64,000 nucleotides of DNA from an uncultured Nitrospiraceae bacterium (GCA_963811165.1 CAWEQH010000008.1:512001-576000), one strand, 5' to 3'. Positions 12,011 through 23,608 are shown, counted from the stretch's first letter. Notes: a model not told the origin generated them from the sequence alone. Numbers and translations: made by a program.

Positions 12011-12157
12011 GAATTACCCCCTATTCCCCAACCCTTATGTCCCTCGCGTAAGGACGGCATCAGAGCGGTTTCAGCGGCGCGTATTGCATCACCCCCGGGT
12101 GATGCGCGACGGAGCTGTCCTCATGCATACATTGTTGGCGGCGGATTCCGATCCTTC

Positions 12158-13873
12158 TCACTGTTTCTTCTGCGCCTTCTCGATCTTCGCCCACGTGTCC
12201 TTTAAAGTCACTATGCGGTTGAAAACGAGTTTCTTGTCCGTGGTGTCGACAGGATCCACGCAAAAATAGCCCTGTCTTTCAAACTGGTAGCGGCTTCCCA
12301 AGTCAGCCCCCGAAAGAGTCGGTTCAACAAAACACCGGTCAAGTCTCTCAAGAGAGTTCGGGTTGAGAAGGGACTTAAAATCCTTCCCCTCCTCCACATC
12401 TGCTGGATCGGCCTTCATTAAAAGATGGTCATAGAGACGCACCTCAGCGTGGACGGCATGCCTGGACGAAACCCAGTGCAACGTTGCCTTCACCTTCCGT
12501 CCGTCAGGGGAGTCGCCCCCTTTGGTCTTTGGATCATACGTACAGTGCAGCTCCATGATTTCTCCGCTCTTTTCGTCCTTGACGACCCCTGTGCAGGTAA
12601 TATAATATGCGTACCTCAACCTTACTTCGCGCTGGGGGGCCAGGCGGAAAAATTGCTTCGGCGGGTCTTCACGAAAGTCGTCTCTCTCGATGTAGATGAC
12701 ACGCGAAAAAGGGACTTTTCTCATGCCCATCGACGCGTCTTCCGGATTGTTCACGGCATCGAGGTCCTCCACAAGGTCCTCCGGATAATTATCGATGACC
12801 ACCTTAAGGGGCCGGAGCACCGCCATCACCCTTGGGGCACGCCTGTTGAGGTCCTCCCTTACGCAAAATTCCAGGAGTGCGATATCGACTATGCTGTCGC
12901 GTTTCGCAACGCCGATGCGGTCGCAGAAATTTCGGATCGCCTCGGGCGTATACCCGCGTCTCCTGATACCCGCGAGGGTAGGCATCCTGGGGTCGTCCCA
13001 CCCTGAGACATGCCCTTCCTGTACCAGCTGGATGAGCTTCCGCTTGCTGAGCACGGTATGGCTGAGGTTCAGGCGTGCAAACTCGATCTGCCGGGGCAAC
13101 GGGCTTTCCAGCAGTCCACCCCCGGCAAGCCGCTCAAGCAGCCAATCATAGAACGGCCTCTGGTCTTCGAACTCAAGGGTGCAGATCGAGTGGGTGATGC
13201 GTTCGAGCGCGTCCTCGATCGGATGGGCGTATGTATACATCGGATAGATGCACCACGTGCTGCCTGTGCGATGGTGGTCTGCATGCTTGATGCGATAAAT
13301 CGCCGGGTCCCGCATATTGATGTTGGGTGAGGCCATGTCTATTTTTGAGCGTAGCACCATCATGCCGTCGGGATGCCTGCCGTCGCGCATCTCCCTAAAC
13401 AGACGCAGGTTCTCCTCCACGGAACGTCCGCGAAAGGGAGAATCCGTCCCCGGTGACGTCAGCGTGCCCCGGTTCTCGCGCATCTCCTCGGCGGACTGGC
13501 TGTCCACATACGCATGGCCCGCAGTGATAAGGTATTCGGCAGCCCGGTACATGAAGCCGAAGTAGTCGCTGGCATAGAGCGGCTCAGGGCCGAAGTCAAA
13601 ACCGAGCCATCTGACCGACTCTATGATCGAGTCAACATACTCCTGTTCTTCTTTTTCCGGGTTCGTGTCGTCAAAGCGCAAATTGCATTTGCCGCCGAAT
13701 TCGGAGGCGATACCGAAATTAAGGCAGATCGACTTGGCGTGTCCCATATGCAGGTATCCGTTGGGTTCCGGCGGAAAACGGGTATGGACCCCGTCGTACT
13801 TCTTCGCCGTTATATCGTTTTCCACGATCTCCCGTATGAAATCTGCGGGTCTCGAAGGATCATTTTCGGCCAT
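12158..13873 (-). CDS. glnS: Glutamine--tRNA ligase
   Basis: [44 protein letters not shown] at 13873 chosen (alternative GTG 13891). Confidence 0.95.
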   Translation of the reverse strand: MAENDPSRPADFIREIVENDITAKKYDGVHTRFPPEPNGYLHMGHAKSICLNFGIASEFGGKCNLRFDDTNPEKEEQEYVDSIIESVRWLGFDFGPEPLYASDYFGFMYRAAEYLITAGHAYVDSQSAEEMRENRGTLTSPGTDSPFRGRSVEENLRLFREMRDGRHPDGMMVLRSKIDMASPNINMRDPAIYRIKHADHHRTGSTWCIYPMYTYAHPIEDALERITHSICTLEFEDQRPFYDWLLERLAGGGLLESPLPRQIEFARLNLSHTVLSKRKLIQLVQEGHVSGWDDPRMPTLAGIRRRGYTPEAIRNFCDRIGVAKRDSIVDIALLEFCVREDLNRRAPRVMAVLRPLKVVIDNYPEDLVEDLDAVNNPEDASMGMRKVPFSRVIYIERDDFREDPPKQFFRLAPQREVRLRYAYYITCTGVVKDEKSGEIMELHCTYDPKTKGGDSPDGRKVKATLHWVSSRHAVHAEVRLYDHLLMKADPADVEEGKDFKSLLNPNSLERLDRCFVEPTLSGADLGSRYQFERQGYFCVDPVDTTDKKLVFNRIVTLKDTWAKIEKAQKKQ

Positions 13874-13887
13874 GTCTAAGGTTCCTT

Positions 13888-15312
13888 TCACGGTTTTTTT
13901 TCTTCTATCGTCTCGATCGCCTTTTCAATCCTCTTTATCGTCTTTTCCTTGCCGACGATCTCCAGTACCTCGAAAATACCCGGACTCTCGGTGCCGCCGG
14001 TCAACGCCACCCTGACGGGCTGCGCAAGACTGCCGAGCTTGACGCCGTGTTTTTCGATAATGGACCTAAAGACAGCCTCAACCGATGCATGCGAAAATTC
14101 GGAAACACCGCCCAACGCCTCTTTAAGCTCGATCAAGAGATTGAGGCTCTTCTCGTTTAAAAACTTGTTCCGGGCCTTTTCATCGTATTCAACGTATTCA
14201 ACGATATAGTACCGCAGGGACCCTGCAAGTTCCACCAAAGTCTTCGCCCTCTCCTGGAGGGTCTTCACCGCCCTGGCGAGCCAGCCCATATCAAGCGCCT
14301 GACCCTCAGCGATAATTTTTTCCTTCCGGAGAAAAGGGACAACCAGCTCGGCAAGCCTCTCGGGGGTCGATGAGATTATATATTGCTGGTTCAACCAGGT
14401 GAGCTTTTCGGGGTTGAATACCGCGGCCGCCTTTCCCACGTTTTCGAAGGTGAAATATTTTATTAACTCCTCTTTCGTAAACACCTCCTGGTCCCCATAA
14501 GACCAGCCGAGCCGCACGAGATAATTGATGAGCGCATCCGGGAGATATCCCATCTCATAATAGGCCATCACCGACGTTGCGCCGTGTCTCTTCGAAAGCC
14601 TCGCCTTATCGGCCCCGAGTATCATCGGCAGGTGCGCGAACTTCGGCATAGGATATCCGAAGGCGCTGTAGAGCTGCATCTGCCTCGGCGTGTTATTGAG
14701 ATGGTCGTCCCCCCTGATGACGTGCGTGATCTTCATATCGACGTCATCGACCACTACGGTAAAGTTATAGGTAGGCGTCCCGTCGGAACGGAGGATGATA
14801 AGATCGTCGAGCTGGGAATTCTCGAACTCGACCTTGCCGCGGATCATATCATCCACTACCGTATGCCCTTCCTGGGGCATCCTGAACCGCACCGCAGGGG
14901 TCCTGCCGGGGACGGGTCCCTTAAGGAGCCTGCACCTGCCGTCATACTTGGGGGTCCCGCCCTTTGCAAGCGCCTCCTGGCGTCTCGCCTCAAGTTCTTC
15001 GGCGGAACAGTAGCAGTGATATGCCTTTCCTTCTTCCCTCAGCTTCGCGACATAGCCGCGGTACAGATCGAACCTGTCGGTCTGCCTGAGCGGCCCCTCG
15101 TCCCAGTCGAGGCCGAGCCATTTCATCCCCTCGATGATCGCATCGATATATTCTTCAGTCGACCGTGTCCGGTCGGTATCCTCGATCCTTAATATAAATG
15201 TGCCGCCGTGGTGCCTCGCATAAAGCCAGTTAAACAGCGCAGTTCTTGCCCCCCCTATATGCAGGAACCCGGTCGGGCTAGGCGCAAAACGAACTCTCAC
15301 TTCCTCAGCCAA
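13888..15312 (-). CDS. gltX: Glutamate--tRNA ligase
   Basis: [14 protein letters not shown] (HIGH), LSKRHG (KMSKS equivalent). Confidence 0.96.
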   Translation of the reverse strand: MAEEVRVRFAPSPTGFLHIGGARTALFNWLYARHHGGTFILRIEDTDRTRSTEEYIDAIIEGMKWLGLDWDEGPLRQTDRFDLYRGYVAKLREEGKAYHCYCSAEELEARRQEALAKGGTPKYDGRCRLLKGPVPGRTPAVRFRMPQEGHTVVDDMIRGKVEFENSQLDDLIILRSDGTPTYNFTVVVDDVDMKITHVIRGDDHLNNTPRQMQLYSAFGYPMPKFAHLPMILGADKARLSKRHGATSVMAYYEMGYLPDALINYLVRLGWSYGDQEVFTKEELIKYFTFENVGKAAAVFNPEKLTWLNQQYIISSTPERLAELVVPFLRKEKIIAEGQALDMGWLARAVKTLQERAKTLVELAGSLRYYIVEYVEYDEKARNKFLNEKSLNLLIELKEALGGVSEFSHASVEAVFRSIIEKHGVKLGSLAQPVRVALTGGTESPGIFEVLEIVGKEKTIKRIEKAIETIEEKKP

Positions 15313-15324
15313 GATGTCCTCCTT

Positions 15325-16779
15325 TTAGCAATTGCCCTTTACAATATCGAGTCTAATAAATTTTTCCGTGTCGCCCCGTACCCTGAACCTGTCGTCGGCA
15401 CGATACCCTGCGACCCATACAATATCATCTCCTGAAACGACGATCGGGACCATGTCCCTCTCGTCCCTCGGGACCTTTGCGTCAACAAAAAAATCCTGCA
15501 GCTTCTTCCGCCTCCCGAAACCCAGCGGGAAGAAATAATCTCCTGCCGACCTCGGCCGTATCTTTAGGGGGAATTTCATCGCGCCTGCATCGAGAAGTAC
15601 CGCCGATCTTCCGTCTCCGGCGTCTCCCTTCACGTCCTCAAGATGCGCCCTGATCACCGTCCCCGTCCCCTTAAGCGCAATTTCGGAAGGAGGACGGAGT
15701 TCATATTCGCCGATCCTCTCCGCCTTCTGAGATGTAATGACCAGGAGTGCATAGTCCTTTATGACCCTTATTCCCCTCGGCAGATACAATCTGCTTCCGG
15801 AGACGCCTTTTCTAAGGAGGCCGATAATGTCTTCCACATGGGTAAAGCTTATTCCTCTTAGGCTGTCGGTCTCCTCTATGGCCCTTCTAAGGACACGACG
15901 CAAGATCACGGTATCCATACTTTGCATCGGGGAAAGGAACAGTTCGATCCTGTTGTTCGTCTTTCTGCTGATCATCTTCATCAGCGCCTTGGTAACGACA
16001 AGACCGAAATAACGTTCTTCTTCCTGAAGTATGGATGCGGTATGAGTCATCGTGACCAGCAGAGACGGATTAAGCTCTTTCATCACGGGGACGAGCAGAC
16101 GTCTGATCCGGTTGCGGAAATATTCCATCCCCAGGTTAGATGAGTCAACGACGAACGGAATGTTTTCGGCAGAGAGGAAACCCTCGATATCGGCCCTCCC
16201 GATTTCGATGAGGGGCCTGACAACCTTGCCTCGCTTCACAGGCATTCCGGAAAGACCGCCCGGGCCGGCCCCCCTAAGGAGCCTCATGCATATCGTCTCG
16301 GTCTGATCGTCTGCGTTATGGGCGAGGGCAATTTTGCCGGCGCCCACATCAAGGGCCGCCTCATCGAAGGCGCCGTATCTCAGTTCCCGCGCAGCCTCCT
16401 GTTTGTTGAGTCCAAAGTTATCCACCCGGGAGAGCACGTCCACGGACTTGACGAGAAAATTTACCCCGAGCTTTCTGCAAAGATCTTCGCAGAATTCGAT
16501 TTCTTTAGAGGTCTCCTCGGGTCTCAGGTTATGATTCACATACATGGCATGAACGGTCAGTCCGTATGTGTCCCTCAGCCGGACCAATATGCTCAGAAGA
16601 CTGACCGAATCCGGTCCGCCGGAAAGCCCCACAAGCACAGTCTCACCTCCGTGAAACAAGCCGTGTTTGTCGATCGCAGCCGCTACCCTCTCCGTAAGAT
16701 TGCGGCCTCCGGTCACTGGCCCGGCCTTAATGCCTCTCATCTGCCCGCGCAGCCTCTCCCTATCATTAGGATGTTTCAT
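15325..16779 (-). CDS. tilS: tRNA(Ile)-lysidine synthetase
   Basis: PP-loop SGGPDS, ARELRY, AHNADDQTET, TilS C-terminal domain; exact start uncertain. Confidence 0.93.
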   Translation of the reverse strand: MKHPNDRERLRGQMRGIKAGPVTGGRNLTERVAAAIDKHGLFHGGETVLVGLSGGPDSVSLLSILVRLRDTYGLTVHAMYVNHNLRPEETSKEIEFCEDLCRKLGVNFLVKSVDVLSRVDNFGLNKQEAARELRYGAFDEAALDVGAGKIALAHNADDQTETICMRLLRGAGPGGLSGMPVKRGKVVRPLIEIGRADIEGFLSAENIPFVVDSSNLGMEYFRNRIRRLLVPVMKELNPSLLVTMTHTASILQEEERYFGLVVTKALMKMISRKTNNRIELFLSPMQSMDTVILRRVLRRAIEETDSLRGISFTHVEDIIGLLRKGVSGSRLYLPRGIRVIKDYALLVITSQKAERIGEYELRPPSEIALKGTGTVIRAHLEDVKGDAGDGRSAVLLDAGAMKFPLKIRPRSAGDYFFPLGFGRRKKLQDFFVDAKVPRDERDMVPIVVSGDDIVWVAGYRADDRFRVRGDTEKFIRLDIVKGNC

Positions 16780-16858
16780 ATCGAATAATAATTATATTAT
16801 TATAGAGTACATCCGCACAAGCTGCACCGGCAAGAAGTGCTGCGGCTGCGAAAAACAC

Positions 16859-17032
16859 ATGAAAACAAAAAAAACACCTGCAAATACCAACCGCCCGGGG
16901 AAACTGAAATCTAAACGCCACGAAAGCGCGTATGGAGACAAGGTCCCGATATGCGCAAACACCGGATGCGTACTCAGGAAAAAGGCAACGTGTTTCGGGT
17001 TCGAGGGTTGTCCGGGCTTTAAGGGGAGGTAA
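16859..17032 (+). CDS. Putative small basic four-cysteine protein (57 aa)
   Basis: MKTKK...CANTGCVLRKKATCFGFEGCPGFKGR fills the tilS-rodZ gap; no clear RBS. Confidence 0.45.
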   Translation: MKTKKTPANTNRPGKLKSKRHESAYGDKVPICANTGCVLRKKATCFGFEGCPGFKGR

Positions 17033-17741
17033 TAGAAGAGCCGGCTTCACCGGGGGGAAGGGAAAGTGTGATTACCTGACCCGGTTCCCCCGGAACACCT
17101 AAATCCCTTCCATCAAGTCTGACCCTGATTCCCCCGGCATTCCCTACCTTCAGAAGCGCCTTATCCGAAAACCTCATCTCTTTTGAACTGCCCGGTCTTA
17201 GAATCATCTCCTCTGATCTGCCATCGGAAAATTTAAGGGAGATCCAGGTCGTGGCGGTCGCCGCCATCTCCAGGTGGTGTTCCCCTTCGTACTGCCTTTT
17301 GCCCACTGCCGACGGCCGGCTTGCGCGCGGAGGGACGGTCTCAACGACCCCGACAGGGCCCGATGGGACCTTCACTGTTTCTCGATGTTTGGTCCTGCTG
17401 TGTGCTACAAAAAAGAAAACAGCCAAGGCGCAGACCCCCAGAAAAACGATATAGTATATCCTGGGGACTTTCTTTTGTGAAAAGGCAATCGGGACGATCG
17501 TCGAATGTGTTGGTCGGGAAAGGTTCTTCGTGTAATAGTTGACTATGGATTCGGCATCCAGATCAAGATATTTCGCATAGCACCTTATATAGCCCATCGT
17601 GTAGACCGGGGCGGGGAGTTCTTCGAACGCGTCATTTTCGATGGCATCAAGATAGGCAGCGTTGATCTTGAGCAGGTCTGCTATTTCCCGGATATCACGG
17701 CCTAAATCTTCACGTCTTTTTTTTAAGATCTCTCCGGCCAA
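17019..17741 (-). CDS. rodZ: RodZ-like HTH membrane protein (DUF4115)
   Basis: N-terminal HTH (GYIRCYAKYL), single TM, C-terminal LKVGNAGG. Confidence 0.85.
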   Translation of the reverse strand: MAGEILKKRREDLGRDIREIADLLKINAAYLDAIENDAFEELPAPVYTMGYIRCYAKYLDLDAESIVNYYTKNLSRPTHSTIVPIAFSQKKVPRIYYIVFLGVCALAVFFFVAHSRTKHRETVKVPSGPVGVVETVPPRASRPSAVGKRQYEGEHHLEMAATATTWISLKFSDGRSEEMILRPGSSKEMRFSDKALLKVGNAGGIRVRLDGRDLGVPGEPGQVITLSLPPGEAGSSITSP

Positions 17742-17885
17742 GTCCGTCCCTTAAAAGTTTTCACTAAAATAACACATAGGTTGCGATATTTTCAAAGTAA
17801 TAATTTGCATGGCATCATCCCAAGAAAACCAAAAAGGGACCTCCCGTCACTGTTTTTTTGGACCGGAACTTCCATGCTATTATAG

Positions 17886-19127
17886 GTGAGGATGAAACGG
17901 GTCGTCATAACAGGGATAGGGGCGGTAACACCGCTTGGCAACAGCTTCGGGGAATCCTGGAAAGCCGCAAAGGCAGGTGAGTGCGGGATAGGGCCCATCA
18001 CCAGATTTGACGCTACACCTCTGCCCTGGAAGGTGGCGGGAGAATTAAAGGGCTTTGATGCTTCCCTCTACCTCGGAGAAAAAGAGATGAGGCGGGTCGA
18101 TCCGTTCGTACACTACGCGGTCGCAGCGGCGATGATGGCCGTCGAGGATGCGGGGTTGACAACGTCTTGTCCGTCGCGTGCAGACCGTCACCCCTCCCTT
18201 TTTTCCGGCGGCGTCATTATCGGTTCGAGCAGGGGCGGTATAAGCACCCTGGAGTATTCTCTGACACGGAACCTTGTCCATAAGAAGCGTTTCTCAGCAT
18301 ATCTTATGCCCGCCACGACTATCAGCATGGCGTCGTCTTACATAGCCAGGAAGTTGGGAGCCTGCGGATACTGCCTCGGTATTTCAAATGCATGCGCCTC
18401 CGGCGCAAACGCCATCGGCGAGGCATTTAGACTGATAAGAGACGGCTTCAAGGGGCCCGTGATTGCGGGCGGATCGGAAGCCCCTCTCTGCCGGTTATGC
18501 CTCGAAGGATATGGCGCGGCCGGCGCATTGTCCCGGACAGACGGTCCCTCTGCAAGCAGGCCGTTCGACGAAACAAGAGATGGTTTTGTGCTCTCCGAGG
18601 GCGCCTGCGTCGTGGTACTGGAAGATGAGAAGAGCGCGCTTTCAAGGGGGGCATCCATTCATGGAGAGGTCTTGGGCTACGGCAATACGGCCGATGCCTT
18701 CCATCAGACAAGGCCGAGCAGGGACGGAGTACTACGGGCGATGAGGGTCGCGATCGAAGAAGCGGGACTCTCTCCGGAGGACATCGGGGTCATCAGTGCT
18801 CACGGCACATCGACCCCCAACGGGGACAGGGCCGAATCAGAAGCCATTACCGCCCTCCTTGGGAATAGGTGTCCGGAGGTCATGGTGAGCGCAGCGAAAT
18901 CGATGACGGGGCATATGCTGGCTGCCTCGGGGGCCTTGGAGGCTGCGTTTGCGGTCACTACTTTGAAGGAGGGCATAGTACTGCCCACGATCAATCTTAC
19001 CGGAAGGGCTGATTGCGGGCTAAGCCTGGCGACTGAGAAAAAGGAGGTTTCCGCCGAAATCGCCATCTCCAACTCCTTCGGTTTCGGCGGAGTAAACGCA
19101 GTGCTTGTCCTTGGCCGTTATTGGTGA
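17886..19127 (+). CDS. fabF: Beta-ketoacyl-ACP synthase II family protein
   Basis: RVVITGIG, catalytic NACASG, AHGTST, KSMTGH, SNSFGFGG. Confidence 0.85.
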   Translation: MRMKRVVITGIGAVTPLGNSFGESWKAAKAGECGIGPITRFDATPLPWKVAGELKGFDASLYLGEKEMRRVDPFVHYAVAAAMMAVEDAGLTTSCPSRADRHPSLFSGGVIIGSSRGGISTLEYSLTRNLVHKKRFSAYLMPATTISMASSYIARKLGACGYCLGISNACASGANAIGEAFRLIRDGFKGPVIAGGSEAPLCRLCLEGYGAAGALSRTDGPSASRPFDETRDGFVLSEGACVVVLEDEKSALSRGASIHGEVLGYGNTADAFHQTRPSRDGVLRAMRVAIEEAGLSPEDIGVISAHGTSTPNGDRAESEAITALLGNRCPEVMVSAAKSMTGHMLAASGALEAAFAVTTLKEGIVLPTINLTGRADCGLSLATEKKEVSAEIAISNSFGFGGVNAVLVLGRYW

Positions 19128-19160
19128 GCGGGTAAAGACATTACGGGAAGTCCTCACACC

Positions 19161-20261
19161 CTATAACCGCTTCTCATAGACCCTGTATTTCTTGTACAAC
19201 TCCGCTCCAAACATCTCGATAGTGCGCTGAACCGCGACATTATCTTCCAGTATCCAGGAAAACTCCACCCTCTTATACCTTCCCTCTTTGATAGGGCCAA
19301 ACCCTTCCCTAAACAGCAGTGCCTCAATGCCTTTGTTGCGGAACTCTTTTTTGACGCCCAAAAGCATTACCCGCAGGTCCTTAATCTTCTTCGAATAATA
19401 CAGCGCCCGGGCGATACTCACTGGGTTCATCTTGCCGCCCATATGTTTGAGAACAAAGTTAAAATCAGGGACCAGACCCATGAAGCCCACGGGTCTGCCT
19501 TCCTCTTCCGCGATAAGGGTCATCCTGGGAATAATTATCTGCTTTAGTCTTGCCGCTGAATAATCAAGCTCTTCATCCGTCATGGGCAGGAAACCCCAGT
19601 TTTTCTCCCAGGCCGAGTGATATACCTCTTTGAATATCATCATGTCCGATTTGAAATTCTTCATATTGATCGGCCTCACGGAAATCCCCCTCTTTTCCAC
19701 AATGGCCGCAACTCTCAGGATCTTCTCAGGCAGTCTGTCCCTAAGTGTATAGAGATACGCGTAGAGGTCCTTGACTTTCCTGAAGCCGTAATCCTCGGCA
19801 AGATCGTTGTAATAAGGGGGATTATAGGGCATCATGATAAAGGGAGGTTCTTTGAACCCTTCTAAGAGGAACCCGCATTCCTCATTCGTCGAAAAGTTCA
19901 TCGGGCCCCGCACCTCTTCCATCCCTTCCTCCTTGAGGTAGGCCGCCGCCTTATCGAAGAGGGCGCGGGAAACGGACCTGTCGTTGACCGCCTCAAAAAA
20001 ACCGAAGAAGCCCGTTTTCTCGTGATGGAACTCGTTATGCCTTCTGTTGACAAAAGATAGTATCCTGCCGGCTGTGCGGCCTTCTTTCTTTGCCACAAAA
20101 AATTTGGCGCTGGCATGGGCGAAAAAAGGATTTTCTGAAGAGAAATGCGTACGCATCTCTTTTGTAAGCTGAGGCACAAACAGGGGATCGTCCGCGTATA
20201 AGGACAGGGGAAATTTGATGAAGTCATCGAGAGACCCCCGCGCCTCAATGACTTCGACCAT
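19161..20261 (-). CDS. GNAT-fold N-acyltransferase, candidate bacterial ceramide synthase (bCerS-like)
   Basis: GFFGFFEA, RGPMNFSTNEECGFL, MMPYNPPYY, EFSWILEDN; directly after SPT-like gene. Confidence 0.75.
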   Translation of the reverse strand: MVEVIEARGSLDDFIKFPLSLYADDPLFVPQLTKEMRTHFSSENPFFAHASAKFFVAKKEGRTAGRILSFVNRRHNEFHHEKTGFFGFFEAVNDRSVSRALFDKAAAYLKEEGMEEVRGPMNFSTNEECGFLLEGFKEPPFIMMPYNPPYYNDLAEDYGFRKVKDLYAYLYTLRDRLPEKILRVAAIVEKRGISVRPINMKNFKSDMMIFKEVYHSAWEKNWGFLPMTDEELDYSAARLKQIIIPRMTLIAEEEGRPVGFMGLVPDFNFVLKHMGGKMNPVSIARALYYSKKIKDLRVMLLGVKKEFRNKGIEALLFREGFGPIKEGRYKRVEFSWILEDNVAVQRTIEMFGAELYKKYRVYEKRL

Positions 20262-21457
20262 CAGATAATGCCCAGGGCCTTGCCTACCTTTTCAAAGGCG
20301 CTCAGCACCTTCTCAATATGTGCATCAGTATGCGTGGCCATGTAACTCGTCCTGATAAGGGCCTTGCCGCTTGCCACGGCAGGACTGACGGCCACATTGG
20401 CGAAAACGCCTTCCTGCTGGAGCATCATCGCCATGGTAAATGCCTTGAGGTCTTCGCCGACAAGAATTGGAATAATCGGCGTTTCCGTGGGGCCTATCTC
20501 AAAACCGAGTGACTTGAAGCCCTTATGCACCTTCCGCGTATTTTCCCACAGCTTCTTGATCCGCCCGGGCTCGTTTTCGATAATGTCGAGTGCGGCGCTT
20601 ACCGCGGCTATAGACGCAGGGGGAGGGCTCGCACTGAAAATCAGGGCCCTTGCGAAATGTTTGATGTAATGGACCACATGTTCATCCCCGGAGATAAATC
20701 CTCCTATAGAAGCAAGGGATTTACTATAGGTGCCCATGATAAGATCGACGTCCTTTTCAAGTCCGAAGTGTTCGGCAGTGCCGCGGCCGGTCTTTCCCAG
20801 GACACCGATCCCGTGTGCATCGTCGACCATGATCCTCGCACCATATTTTTTTGCAAGCCCCACCACCTCGGGCAGGTTGATAATATCGCCTTCCATACTG
20901 AAAACGCCGTCAACGACTATCAGTTTTTTCCGGTCCTTGTTCTCAAGGAGGATCCTTTCCAGGTCGGTCATATCGTTATGCCTGAACTTCCTCACCTCAG
21001 CATAAGAGAGCCGGCATCCGTCTATGATGCTCGCATGGTCCATCTTGTCGATGATGATGACATCGTCCTTCCCTGCAAGGGCCGATATCACACCGAGATT
21101 TACCTGAAACCCGGTCGAAAAAACAAGGGCGGCCTCTTTCCTGATAAAACGCGCAAGTTTCTCTTCGAGACGCACATGGATATCAAGGGTCCCGTTAAGG
21201 AATCTCGATCCTGCGCAACCCGAACCATATTTTTTTATGGCATCCAGTGCAGCGTCCTTGACCTTCGGATGGTTTGTGAGACCCAGATAATTATTGGAGC
21301 CGACCATGATCATCGTTTTCCCGTCAATCACGACCTCGGGGTCCTGGGCGCTCTCGATCACCCTGAAATAGGGATACATTCCGGCGGTGATCAATTCCTT
21401 CGCCTTGGTAAACTTGTAGCACTTATCGAAAAGGTCTGCTGACCTCTCTATAGCCAT
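20261..21457 (-). CDS. spt: Serine palmitoyltransferase-like PLP enzyme (alpha-oxoamine synthase family)
   Basis: MYPYFR N-terminus, [47 protein letters not shown]; resembles Bacteroides-type SPT from recall. Confidence 0.8.
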   Translation of the reverse strand: MAIERSADLFDKCYKFTKAKELITAGMYPYFRVIESAQDPEVVIDGKTMIMVGSNNYLGLTNHPKVKDAALDAIKKYGSGCAGSRFLNGTLDIHVRLEEKLARFIRKEAALVFSTGFQVNLGVISALAGKDDVIIIDKMDHASIIDGCRLSYAEVRKFRHNDMTDLERILLENKDRKKLIVVDGVFSMEGDIINLPEVVGLAKKYGARIMVDDAHGIGVLGKTGRGTAEHFGLEKDVDLIMGTYSKSLASIGGFISGDEHVVHYIKHFARALIFSASPPPASIAAVSAALDIIENEPGRIKKLWENTRKVHKGFKSLGFEIGPTETPIIPILVGEDLKAFTMAMMLQQEGVFANVAVSPAVASGKALIRTSYMATHTDAHIEKVLSAFEKVGKALGII

Positions 21458-22410
21458 CGGTGAATTTTGTACCAGTCTGCCGTCCATTTTATTCCTTCCC
21501 TTAATGTTATTCTTGAACGAAACCCCAGCTCATCTGTTGCCTTGCTCGAATCGCAAGTCCAGTTGGAATATCGGAAATCATTTATCCTGTCACGGTTAAT
21601 TATACCTTTTTTGTCAATTTTTTGACCCAAAAAAGCTAATAAAGGCAAAACCGATTTGGGCAACCGGATTTTCATCGCTTTCACGCCGATTGCAGACGAT
21701 ATCTCGGCCGCTATAGTCTCGTTAGTATAGACCTTCCCGTCCGATAGAAAGAATGTCTCTCCCTCGGCTTTTTTGCTCTCCGCCGCAAGTATGATGCCCT
21801 GGACCAGGTCTTCTACATAAAGCATCGAATATACGCACTTTCCCCAGAACGGGAATAGCCCCTTCTTTATCATCTTAAACATGACGAAAAAGTCGGTGTC
21901 CCTCGGCCCGTACACCGCAGGAGGCCTTATGATCGTAACAGGGCACTTACTCCTGTACCTAAGCACCGCCTTCTCCCCCTCGAGCTTGCTCCTGCCATAG
22001 TGAGATACCGGCAAAGGAGGTGAATCCTCTTTCACGGCCCCGCCGCTCCTGCTTGGCCCCGTAGCAGCAAGGCTGCTGACGTAAACGAACCTCTTAAGCC
22101 CTGCGCCCCTACCAGCCGCCACGCGCACTAAGTTCTCCGTGCAGTCTGCATTGGCGTGAAAAAAATCTCTCTCGCAGAGCGCCTTGGTCACCCCGGCAAG
22201 ATGAAATATGTAGTCGAAGCCGCTGATTTCGCCAGCCCGCGATTCAACATCCGCAAGGTCACAAATAATATATTTCAGACCGAGATGTTCTATCCATTTG
22301 AGGTTGGAAGACCTTCTCGTGAGGCACGTCACTTCATAGCCTCGTTCTTTCAAGGTTTCCACAAGATAGCTTCCGATAAAGCCTGCAGCTCCTGTCACCA
22401 GGGCTTTCAT
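21448..22410 (-). CDS. NAD-dependent epimerase/extended SDR, candidate ceramide reductase (CerR-like)
   Basis: TGAAGFIG Rossmann motif, YGRSK catalytic motif, [10 protein letters not shown]; overlaps spt start. Confidence 0.75.
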   Translation of the reverse strand: MKALVTGAAGFIGSYLVETLKERGYEVTCLTRRSSNLKWIEHLGLKYIICDLADVESRAGEISGFDYIFHLAGVTKALCERDFFHANADCTENLVRVAAGRGAGLKRFVYVSSLAATGPSRSGGAVKEDSPPLPVSHYGRSKLEGEKAVLRYRSKCPVTIIRPPAVYGPRDTDFFVMFKMIKKGLFPFWGKCVYSMLYVEDLVQGIILAAESKKAEGETFFLSDGKVYTNETIAAEISSAIGVKAMKIRLPKSVLPLLAFLGQKIDKKGIINRDRINDFRYSNWTCDSSKATDELGFRSRITLREGIKWTADWYKIHRWL

Positions 22411-22513
22411 GAGTTACTTATTGTTATGGAAAGGGCCAATAATAGTCAAGAAGAAATACGCGCTTCGCGAACTCTCCCCGACTAACCCCTCACGTCCTTC
22501 ATCAAAACTTTTT

Positions 22514-23608
22514 TTACTGCGACCCGTAACTATGAAGGCCCGAAAGCAGGAGATTTACGCCGAGATAAGTGAAGATCACCGCGATAAATCCCAGGACGGC
22601 AACCATGGCGACTCTTTTCCCCCTCCACCCGCGCATGAGGCGACTGTGGAGATAGAAGGCATAAAAAAACCACGTGATAAGCGACCAGGTTTCCTTCGGG
22701 TCCCAGGTCCAATACTTCCCCCACGCCTGGTCGGCCCAGATCGCCCCGAATATGAGCCCTCCCAGGGTAAAGATCGGAAATCCCATCGCAATGCTTTTAT
22801 AGGTTATTTCATCGAGGGTCTCCGCAGAGATATTGAGGGCGGTAATGATTTTCTTAAGTGCGCCGCCGAACCTCCAGACGACGAAGGTAAACGCCGCCGA
22901 CACGCCAAGGCTCAGGAAGGCTATTGCGGATGAACTGTTCCGGAACGTGGCCTTAAAGAGATAGCTCTTTATCAGTTCCTCCTGGCTCTTTACCGAGACT
23001 TTGAAAGTCATATAATCCAAACCCATTGCGCAGAGTACTATGATAAAGACGCTGAGCATGATCGTCCAAAACAGATACGCAGGCTCGTTTCTCTTTTCGG
23101 TCTTCACGATGAGATACATAAGTCCCGTGCTGAAGGAGACCGCAAACATCGAATATGAAATAAAGCTCATCATGACATGGGCCAGCAGCCAGTTGCTCTG
23201 CAGGGCGGGCACGAGAGGCTGAATGTCCTTAGACATGCCGGATATATCGATAAACGCAAGGACGAGCGCTGCAACCGGGGTGATAAAGGCGCCGAACGAG
23301 CGGTTTTTGTATCTGAACTCTATCACCAAATAGGCCAGTATCAGACACCAGACGAAAAAAACGAGGGACTCATAGAGATTCGTGAGGGGTACGGCCCTCA
23401 GCCATCCCATCTGGCCGATCTCGTAAAACTCTTTCCATCTGAGCAGGATAGCGAGCGTCTGTGATATAAAACCCGCAACAGTGACCGTCGTCGCCACTAT
23501 CCCCACCTGACGGTTTCTGAACGCAAGATACCCTATGTATAAGACCATGGCAAGGATATATGCGATAGTGGATAACCCGAAAAATACCGAACTTGATGAA
23601 CCGCTCAT
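22514..23608 (-). CDS. ccsA: System II cytochrome c biogenesis protein CcsA/ResC
   Basis: PLTNLYES, LVPALQSNWL..HV, WWD motif WADQAWGKYWTWDPKETW, GLHSY. Confidence 0.93.
   Translation of the reverse strand: MSGSSSSVFFGLSTIAYILAMVLYIGYLAFRNRQVGIVATTVTVAGFISQTLAILLRWKEFYEIGQMGWLRAVPLTNLYESLVFFVWCLILAYLVIEFRYKNRSFGAFITPVAALVLAFIDISGMSKDIQPLVPALQSNWLLAHVMMSFISYSMFAVSFSTGLMYLIVKTEKRNEPAYLFWTIMLSVFIIVLCAMGLDYMTFKVSVKSQEELIKSYLFKATFRNSSSAIAFLSLGVSAAFTFVVWRFGGALKKIITALNISAETLDEITYKSIAMGFPIFTLGGLIFGAIWADQAWGKYWTWDPKETWSLITWFFYAFYLHSRLMRGWRGKRVAMVAVLGFIAVIFTYLGVNLLLSGLHSYGSQ

Noticed and set aside
12086..12105. Hairpin gcatcacc-cccg-ggtgatgc between glnS and gpsA
   Set aside because: Single hairpin; no T-box or other recognisable RNA motif and no second copy seen
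17886..19127. fabF paralogue as part of the ceramide operon
   Set aside because: Convergently transcribed and no ACP gene nearby; adjacency alone is insufficient
20525..21442. Long antisense ORFs (e.g. 20525-21442, 62447-63373, 14584-15192)
   Set aside because: Shadows of well-supported genes on the opposite strand, with no recognisable motifs
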